DNA of 64,000 nucleotides from Chloroflexota bacterium (GTDB lineage Bacteria; Chloroflexota; Dormibacteria; CF-121): NCBI GenBank assembly GCA_034666565.1, contig JAXDLN010000119.1, positions 204,162 to 268,161 of the forward strand, read 5' to 3'. Shown piece by piece: positions 32,734 to 39,144 of this stretch (position 1 is its first letter; each line of letters starts with the position of its first letter). The notes under the pieces were generated by a model. It saw only the letters and a program-made list of their open reading frames with translations, ran no database searches and was not told where the DNA came from. The position numbers and the translations under genes were made by a program.

Positions 32734-33705
32734 ATGTCGATCAATGATGGCCTGGCGCTGATCCGCCGGCATGACTTCGAAGGCGCCCTGCCACTGCTGG
32801 CCGCCGAGGTTCGCAAGCGTCCCGATGACGCCTACGCGGCCTATTACCTCGCCTACGCGTTCGTCGGCGCCCAGGACCCCCAGCCGGCGGTGACGCTGCT
32901 CGCCAAGATCATCGAGGTCCATCCCGACTTCACCGATGCGCGCAGCCTGCTTGGCCTGGCGCGCATCCGGATTTCTGACTTTGTCGGGGCGACCACGGAG
33001 TACGAGACCGTCCTGGCCCGGGAACCGAAGAACGCCGCCGCCCTGCTCGGCCTGGGGATGATCGCCTACTGGAAGCGGGAAACGGCGGTCGCCGAAGACT
33101 ACCTCGACCGCGCCTTGCGCGGCGACCCTGCCGCTCGCGACGCCCTGGTCTTCAAGGCCGACCTGCGCTATGCCGCCGGCGACGTGACCGGAGCGGTGAT
33201 GCTGCTGCGCGACGCCAAGCGACTGCGCCGGCCGGCGCTGCCCGAGATTGCCGATGCGGAGATTGCCGACCGTCTGCTCCGGTACGAAGCCGCCCTCCAA
33301 CCGATCCGCCGCGCCCGCGGCGGCTTGCCCGATATGCCCGGCTGGGTCCTCTGCGTGCTGGGCGTGACCCTGGCGCTGACCTTGATGGCGGCGGCCGGCC
33401 TCCCAGGAGCATGGAGCGGCATGCGGCATTACCAGGACGGCAAGGCACGGCTCGTCACCCTGGACTATGCCGGCTGCGCCTCCGAGATGGAACAGGCGGT
33501 GGAGTCGGTGCCGAACTCGCCAAAGGTCTGGGCGTATGAGGCGTATTGCTTCCTCCTCGACAAGGACACTAAGGCCGGGCTCAGCGCCTGGTACACGGCC
33601 CGGAGCTATGATCCCGCGATCACCCTGGATACGCCCTCCGACCAGACGGCGCTGCTGGCCAAGATCACGGCGGCCAATACCCCGCCGAAGGTGACCGCCA
33701 AATGA
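32734..33705 (+). CDS. TPR-repeat protein with one internal TM helix
   Basis: N-terminal TPR repeats, TM segment VLCVLGVTLALTLMAAAGL, C-terminal domain of unknown function. Confidence 0.65.
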   Translation: MSINDGLALIRRHDFEGALPLLAAEVRKRPDDAYAAYYLAYAFVGAQDPQPAVTLLAKIIEVHPDFTDARSLLGLARIRISDFVGATTEYETVLAREPKNAAALLGLGMIAYWKRETAVAEDYLDRALRGDPAARDALVFKADLRYAAGDVTGAVMLLRDAKRLRRPALPEIADAEIADRLLRYEAALQPIRRARGGLPDMPGWVLCVLGVTLALTLMAAAGLPGAWSGMRHYQDGKARLVTLDYAGCASEMEQAVESVPNSPKVWAYEAYCFLLDKDTKAGLSAWYTARSYDPAITLDTPSDQTALLAKITAANTPPKVTAK

Positions 33706-34580
33706 GCGGGGCCGTCGACCCGATCCAGGAAGACCTGCCCTTCGAGCAGCCGGCCACCCCGGCCACGCCCCCCGTCCCGGCAGGCACGCCAGCGTGGGTG
33801 GTGGCGCAACCCAGGGCCGACCTGCCTCCATCGCTCTACGACCAGCTCTTGACCCGACTGCGCGCCATCCCCTGGGCGCGTTGGCGCGCGGCCGCAACCC
33901 CGGTCCTGAAATCGGGGGCCGGGCAGCTGGGCACGGTTGCCAGAGTGGCCGTGAACCGCGGCGGCAGCGTCGCTCGTGTCGCGGTCAAGCGCGGCGCGCC
34001 CTACACCCTGCGACTGGCCAGGGCCACCGCCCGTATCAGCCTGATCCGCGCCTTCCCGCTCCTGATCGCGCGCACCATCCACCTCTTCGGCTTCCCGGCG
34101 GTGGTACTGCGTACCTCGATCCAGTTTGCGGTCGCCCACCGCGCGGGCCTCGCGATCGATGAGGTCAGGTATTTTGTCGTCGACGATCCAGCGGGCTACA
34201 CCGTCTATGAAGCGCCGCCATGGCTGGGGACAGCGATTTCGATCGCCTACATTCCGACGCTTGTTCTGTTCATCTTTGCGATCCTCTGCCTGGCCCCCGC
34301 GCTGGCGCCGCGCACCGTCCTGCACCTACCCACCACCTGGATGACGGGCGTGCAGCTCTGGCTCGGACTATCGTTCGCCGCCCATGCGCTCCCGTCCTAC
34401 GAAGAAGCGGGCCCGGTGGCGGAACAGGCGCGCGTGGGCGTCGTCAAGGCCGACCCGGTCTCCGTGTTCTGGTTGATCCCCGCTCAGATCGTCGCCCTCC
34501 TCACCCGCTTTGGCGGCATCGTGCCGGCGGTCGTCGGCGTGCTCGCGTGCTGGTGGCTGGCGACCGCGATCTTTCACTAA
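33702..34580 (+). CDS. hypothetical polytopic membrane protein
   Basis: ATGA overlap with the TPR gene and several hydrophobic helices. No recognisable motif. Confidence 0.55.
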   Translation: MSGAVDPIQEDLPFEQPATPATPPVPAGTPAWVVAQPRADLPPSLYDQLLTRLRAIPWARWRAAATPVLKSGAGQLGTVARVAVNRGGSVARVAVKRGAPYTLRLARATARISLIRAFPLLIARTIHLFGFPAVVLRTSIQFAVAHRAGLAIDEVRYFVVDDPAGYTVYEAPPWLGTAISIAYIPTLVLFIFAILCLAPALAPRTVLHLPTTWMTGVQLWLGLSFAAHALPSYEEAGPVAEQARVGVVKADPVSVFWLIPAQIVALLTRFGGIVPAVVGVLACWWLATAIFH

Positions 34581-34623
34581 ACGCAAGGGCCCGCACCGTT
34601 ATCGTTTCCTGTAGGCTTCCCCG

Positions 34624-35187
34624 GTGGCCAGCAGCCGCTCCCTGGGGGTGCTGTTCAGCCTGCTTGCCGCTACCCTGATCGCGGGCTGCGGCGAGGACAC
34701 CGGCGCGGCGCCACCACTCCAAGCCAGCGCCTCATCATCGGTCGGCTGCAAGAGCGGCCAGGGATACCAGCACACCACCCTTGGCTACCATCTCTGCTTC
34801 CCGAACGGCTGGACCGCGCGCGATTACACCGCCGAGCCCGGGTCCGGCGGCGCCGTGAGCGTGGTCGCCTTTGGCACGCCATCGAGCGTGCCCGCCCACG
34901 TCCCGGCGTCGGGCACCTTTACGCCGCCGATCGAGATCCGGGTGGTCGCGGGACCCAAAGACCAGGCCGAAACCAGTCTCGCCGGGGGGAACCAGGTGAC
35001 CCAAACCACGGTGGCGGGCGTCAAAGCCGACCGGATCATGGTGGTCGATTCCGGCCCGGCGAACGGCGCGGTCATCGTGGTCTTCGAGCACCAGACCAAC
35101 ACCTACGAGCTCGAAGAGGCGCCCGGTGGCAGCAACGACTCAGCATTCCAGCTCGTCTTGGACAGCTTTTCCTTCCCAGCTAGCTAA
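34624..35187 (+). CDS. lipoprotein of unknown function
   Basis: Signal peptide with lipobox LIAGC. Confidence 0.6.
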   Translation: MASSRSLGVLFSLLAATLIAGCGEDTGAAPPLQASASSSVGCKSGQGYQHTTLGYHLCFPNGWTARDYTAEPGSGGAVSVVAFGTPSSVPAHVPASGTFTPPIEIRVVAGPKDQAETSLAGGNQVTQTTVAGVKADRIMVVDSGPANGAVIVVFEHQTNTYELEEAPGGSNDSAFQLVLDSFSFPAS

Positions 35188-35197
35188 CCCTCGACCG

Positions 35198-36133
35198 CTA
35201 GGCTGGGCTGCCTGCAAGCTCAAAAGCGGTGGCGAGACGGTCGACCTCACCCCTGCTCATGCCAGCGTCACGCGCGACTGAAGCCCAGCGAGCGACGACG
35301 CTGCGGACTCCCGCAATAAGTTGGGCAGCTTGCGCGCTTGTCAGACGATAAAGCGGCGCCGTTTCGCGAACAATCTCTAAATCCGGAATCCGCACGTTGC
35401 CATTCAGCGCAAGACTGTGTTCAAGCTTGTCCGGTGACGGATTGATGTCAAACGCCGGCGCGAGGTGCCATCCCTTCGGGGTGCGTAAGAAGCCGTGGTT
35501 GCGAAGATGGTCGTCTCGGTTCGCCGTGAGCACGTTGAACACGACGCGGCGATAGAGCTGCTGAAGGTCGTCTGCGATCGCCGCGGGATCGCCGAGCTCT
35601 CCGATCGCCCGCGCGATGTCGAGATAACTCGCCTCGTCGTTGTCGCGCTTACCGACTAGCGTCATCGCCGATGCATAGAGGCGCCGCCCCACACCCTTGC
35701 GATCGAAGCGGCGCGCGGAGAACGTTCGGTAGCTCGATCCCAGCTGTAGGGCTTTGATCTCAGGCACATCGATTTGTGCATCGCCGGCCAGGTGCGCCAC
35801 GACGTACTCCCAACCCCCCACGTCGTATCGATCCTCCCGGGAAGGGAACTTGGCGATCCAGAGGGCGTCATCGGCGCTCAGGAAATTGGCTTTCGGACGT
35901 GCCCCTCCCAGTGAGCTCCCTGGCGCAATAAGCATGGCGATCCATTTTTCCTCTTCACTCGCGCTCGGGGGAAGACCCTTCTCCACCTCGCCCGCCAAAT
36001 GCTCGAGGTCGCGCAGACGAGTACCTGGCGGTACGGAGATCTTTTCGTTATCGAGAAACGCTCCATCCCTCGGCCGTGCCAAGCGTAGTGCCCCCATCCG
36101 CGTCTCATCATTTAACCGACCAAGAAGTCCCAA
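35198..36133 (-). CDS. hipT: HipT-like serine/threonine kinase toxin (HipA N-subdomain-2 plus kinase core, lacks N-subdomain 1)
   Basis: Gly-rich loop LIAPGSSLGGARPK and catalytic VVFNVLTANRDDHLRNHGF. Start is TTG at 36133 (22-nt overlap with hipS) or ATG at 36097. Confidence 0.75.
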   Translation of the reverse strand: MGLLGRLNDETRMGALRLARPRDGAFLDNEKISVPPGTRLRDLEHLAGEVEKGLPPSASEEEKWIAMLIAPGSSLGGARPKANFLSADDALWIAKFPSREDRYDVGGWEYVVAHLAGDAQIDVPEIKALQLGSSYRTFSARRFDRKGVGRRLYASAMTLVGKRDNDEASYLDIARAIGELGDPAAIADDLQQLYRRVVFNVLTANRDDHLRNHGFLRTPKGWHLAPAFDINPSPDKLEHSLALNGNVRIPDLEIVRETAPLYRLTSAQAAQLIAGVRSVVARWASVARDAGMSRGEVDRLATAFELAGSPA

Positions 36134-36453
36134 TCATCTAGGTGGCGCTGCTTTCGACTCTCCCGTCGAGCGGCCAATGCCTCCCTTCGTTCGAGCAGGG
36201 TGCGTCCCCAGCGATCCGGCGCAGCATCCGTAAAGAGACCTGGCAGCGTGGATGGATACTGCTCTCCTTCATAGAGCGGAAGCGACGGATCGAGGGGAAA
36301 CGAGCGACGGTCGCCAATCCATTCGAGCGCATATGCGAACGAGATCACACTTTTCGACCCTGACCGCTCACGTCCCAGTGTCCCGACGATCCGCCGTGGG
36401 CCGAGCTCCGGAGCATCGAGATGTACAGCAACCTGCTCGCGGCCGTTAATCAT
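36112..36453 (-). CDS. hipS: HipS-like protein (stand-alone HipA N-subdomain-1 / Couple_hipA domain)
   Basis: 113 aa: VISFAYALEWIGDRRSFPLDPSLPLYEGEQY...FTDAAPDRWGRTLLERRE...DDWDFLVG. ATGA overlap with hipB. Confidence 0.7.
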   Translation of the reverse strand: MINGREQVAVHLDAPELGPRRIVGTLGRERSGSKSVISFAYALEWIGDRRSFPLDPSLPLYEGEQYPSTLPGLFTDAAPDRWGRTLLERREALAARRESRKQRHLDDWDFLVG

Positions 36454-36770
36454 GGAGCCGTCCTCGAGGCCGTCCGCCGTGGGCGGCGTAGTCGAATATC
36501 CTGTAAGCGCTGGCCGAGCTCATCGTCGCGAGCAAGTTGGTCGAGATCGGCCTCAAGTCCAAGTACACCCAATACGCGAGCCAGGACCCCGAGGCTCGCC
36601 GACAGATCGCCCCGCTCCAGGCGTGCAAGCGTTGGCCGCGATGCATTTACCCGCACGGCCATGTCGGCGAGCGTGATGCGACGCCGAAGCCGAGCGAGGC
36701 GCAATCGCTCCCCGAGAGCCTCGGCACGACGCTGGGTTTGCGGAAACAAGGGCCGACTCGGCCTAGACAT
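36450..36770 (-). CDS. hipB: HipB-like XRE-family HTH transcriptional regulator
   Basis: LGERLRLARLRRRITLADMAVRVNASRPTLARLERGD helix-turn-helix. Confidence 0.75.
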   Translation of the reverse strand: MSRPSRPLFPQTQRRAEALGERLRLARLRRRITLADMAVRVNASRPTLARLERGDLSASLGVLARVLGVLGLEADLDQLARDDELGQRLQDIRLRRPRRTASRTAP

Positions 36771-36816
36771 GTAACATAGAATATACCGTAAGGCGCTTCA
36801 TGTCAATTCTATGTGG
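36771..36816 (-). promoter_or_regulatory. hipBST promoter (TTGACA-17-TATTCT) embedded in a 9-bp perfect inverted repeat (putative HipB operator); hipB probably leaderless
   Basis: Minus-strand read: ACATAGAATTGACATGAAGCGCCTTACGGTATATTCTATGTtacATG. The arms ACATAGAAT/ATTCTATGT overlap the -35 and -10 hexamers. Confidence 0.55.
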
Positions 36817-36865
36817 CGGTTCAGGTGCTGAGTCGGACAGCCGGCTCTGACCGGCTGGTGGAGGC

Positions 36866-37222
36866 GGCGAGAATCGAACTCGCGTCCGAAGCAGCGTCCC
36901 GCAAGACATCTACGAGCGTAGTCCCGGATTTGATCTCACCCTGGCGTCTCCCCTGGGACCGGATCCGCCAGAGCCAGTCGCGGTAAGAAGTCCCCCCGGC
37001 GGCCGCGACGCCCGCCGGAAGCGAGTCAGCGGAGTTTACGCCGGCGACCGCTCCTGCTGACCGAGAGCGGGCCGGCGCCGGGGATAAATCCCCGGTTGAC
37101 TACGCTACTTACGCAGCGTAAGCCAGTTGACGATTGGCGTTTATAGCCTTGCCGCTTTTACGTGCTCGGCGACACGGCCCGCCATCTTGCAGACCACTAC
37201 CCCGTCGAGACCTGGCGCCCCC
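36866..37222 (-). ncRNA. ssrA: tmRNA (ssrA), ~357 nt
   Basis: 5' GGGGGCGCCAGGUCUCGACGGGG pairs with 3' ...GCGAGUUCGAUUCUCGCCGCCUCCACCA (tRNA-like T-arm, encoded CCA). Internal tag ORF ...AINANRQLAYAA-UAA. Adjacent to smpB. Confidence 0.85.
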
Positions 37223-37286
37223 GCCAGTCAGTCGGAGCGAGGTTATTTTACCCCGCCCTGTGGTCGGGAGAAACGTACGGAATAGC

Positions 37287-37757
37287 CTAAACGCGCGTTC
37301 TGACCGCCCGGTCCATTTCCCGGCGGGCATCCCGGGCCGCGATCGTCTCCCGTTTGTCGTATTGACGCTTGCCTTTGGCCAGGCCGATCTCCAGCTTGAC
37401 CCGGTTTCCCTTCCAGTAGAGACGTAGGGGGACCAGCGTCAAGCCCTTCTGCTTGAGCGTGATCTCCAGGCGGATGATCTCTGCTCGATGCAGCAGGAGC
37501 TTGCGCTCGCGCTTAGATTCGTGATTGCTGCTCTGGCCTCGTGCGTAGGGACTGATGTGCACGTTGACCAGGAACGCCTCTCCCCGGCCGAAGCGCACAT
37601 AGCCTTCGCGCAGGTTGGCGCCGCCTTCACGCAGCGACTTGATCTCCGTTCCGACCAGCTGAATGCCCGCCTCGACCGACTCGAGGATGAAGTAGTTGTG
37701 GAAGGCCGCCCGGTTGCTGGCAATCGTGGTGTCGGCGTCACGCTTCTTCTTCCCCAT
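37287..37757 (-). CDS. smpB: SsrA-binding protein
   Basis: NRAAFHNYFILESVEAGIQLVGTEIKSLR...LHRAEI consensus. Confidence 0.93.
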   Translation of the reverse strand: MGKKKRDADTTIASNRAAFHNYFILESVEAGIQLVGTEIKSLREGGANLREGYVRFGRGEAFLVNVHISPYARGQSSNHESKRERKLLLHRAEIIRLEITLKQKGLTLVPLRLYWKGNRVKLEIGLAKGKRQYDKRETIAARDARREMDRAVRTRV

Positions 37758-38629
37758 TAGCGCCTGCCTCGCGCCCAGGCGGCCGCCGTCATCCGCCGCC
37801 CACCCGGTGGTTGCACCTCATCGACAACATAGGTTCCGTCGGCGGTCGACACCGGGATGCCGTCCCCCGCCGCGCCATCGAGATGGCCGCGGATCACCTT
37901 GACCTCGACCCCGTTGAGCGCGATCCAACAACCGAGTCGCTCGCTCAACGCGCGCACGCGACGATCGATTTCCTGGGCGGACATGGTGGCCGGCTTAAGC
38001 TTGCCATCCTCCGAAGTAAGCCGCGGCGCATGGGTCGCTCCCTCCGAACGCTGGGGCATCGCCCTGATTGCCCCGCGCTGCAGATTGTCGAGGGTCTCGA
38101 CCATGAGCCCGGCACCCAGATTGGCGAGCTGGTCCTCGAGCGGACCCGCCGTCGCGTCGGGCCCGAGCGGGACGCGGGCCTGCGCCAGGATCGGACCGGT
38201 ATCGACGCCGGCATCCATCTGCATGATGGTGACGCCGGTCTCGGTATCGCCGCTGAGAATCGACCACTCAATCGGCGCCGGGCCACGGTGCCGCGGCAAC
38301 AACGAGGCGTGCACATTGAGCGTCCCCAACCGCGGCGCGTTGAGCAGGCTCGCCGGAAGGATCTGCCCGTATGCCACCACCACCATCACATCCGCGGCGA
38401 CCTGGCGGATCCGAGCCTGGGCGGCCTCGTCCCTGATCCGCGCCGGCTGAAAGACCTCGAGGCCAAGTTGCAGGGCGAGCTGCTTGGTTCCCGACGCCAG
38501 CAGCTTGAGCCCGCGCCCGGCGACCCGGTCAGGCTGCGTCACCACGAGCGTGATGTCGTGGCCGGCTTCCCGAAGCTGGTTCAGCGTCGGCTGGCCAAAG
38601 GTGGCCGTCCCGGCGAAAACGACACGCAG
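37757..38629 (-). CDS. fmt: methionyl-tRNA formyltransferase
   Basis: The track starts at an internal GTG (VTQPDRVAGRG). The frame continues upstream as LRVVFAGTATFGQPTLNQLREAGHDITLV, matching the Fmt N-terminus MRIVFAGTP. The only possible initiator is CTG, 1 nt after the def stop. Confidence 0.85.
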   Translation of the reverse strand: MRVVFAGTATFGQPTLNQLREAGHDITLVVTQPDRVAGRGLKLLASGTKQLALQLGLEVFQPARIRDEAAQARIRQVAADVMVVVAYGQILPASLLNAPRLGTLNVHASLLPRHRGPAPIEWSILSGDTETGVTIMQMDAGVDTGPILAQARVPLGPDATAGPLEDQLANLGAGLMVETLDNLQRGAIRAMPQRSEGATHAPRLTSEDGKLKPATMSAQEIDRRVRALSERLGCWIALNGVEVKVIRGHLDGAAGDGIPVSTADGTYVVDEVQPPGGRRMTAAAWARGRR

Positions 38630-38630
38630 C

Positions 38631-39134
38631 TTAGGCGCCGACGAGTTCCGCTTCCCTCTCCTCCTCCTGCGGCTCGACCTTGCGCAGGGTGTCGAGGCTG
38701 GTCAACCGATCGGTGAACAGGATGCCGTCGAGGTGGTCGATCTCGTGCTGGATCGCGCGTGCGAGGAGGGCGTCGCCCTTGACCTTCACCGGCTTGCCCT
38801 GGCGGTTGAGCCCCCGCGCCACCACCTGCATGTAGCGCTTGACTTCACCCACGTAGCCCGGCACCGAGAGGCAACCTTCCATGCCGATCTGCTCGCCCTC
38901 CCACTTGACCATCTCGGGATTGACCAGCGTGTGCAGGTTGGTATCGGTCTTGATCACGACCACCCGCAGCCCGACGCCGACCTGGGGCGCCGCCAGCCCG
39001 ACGCCGGGCGCGGCGACCATGGTGTCCACCATGTCGTCGATCAGCTGGCGGATGCTGCTGTCGACACGTGCCACCCGCTTCGCCTTCTGGCGAAGGATCG
39101 GCGCTTCCTGCGTGAGGATTGGAAGGATAGCCAT
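38631..39134 (-). CDS. def: peptide deformylase
   Basis: MAILPILTQ start, GVGLAAPQVG, EGCLSVPG and HEIDHL motifs. The track ORF adds 23 spurious codons. Confidence 0.92.
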   Translation of the reverse strand: MAILPILTQEAPILRQKAKRVARVDSSIRQLIDDMVDTMVAAPGVGLAAPQVGVGLRVVVIKTDTNLHTLVNPEMVKWEGEQIGMEGCLSVPGYVGEVKRYMQVVARGLNRQGKPVKVKGDALLARAIQHEIDHLDGILFTDRLTSLDTLRKVEPQEEEREAELVGA

Positions 39135-39144
39135 GGTGAGTAAC

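Noticed and set aside
32632-33897. 421-aa minus-strand ORF
   Set aside because: Antisense to the TPR and membrane-protein genes, Arg/Gly/Pro-rich.
36771-36866. Integrase/att-site evidence for a tmRNA-targeted island
   Set aside because: No integrase, recombinase or transposase gene and no visible direct repeat of the ssrA 3' end were found in the window, so the island idea is retained only as a low-confidence hypothesis.
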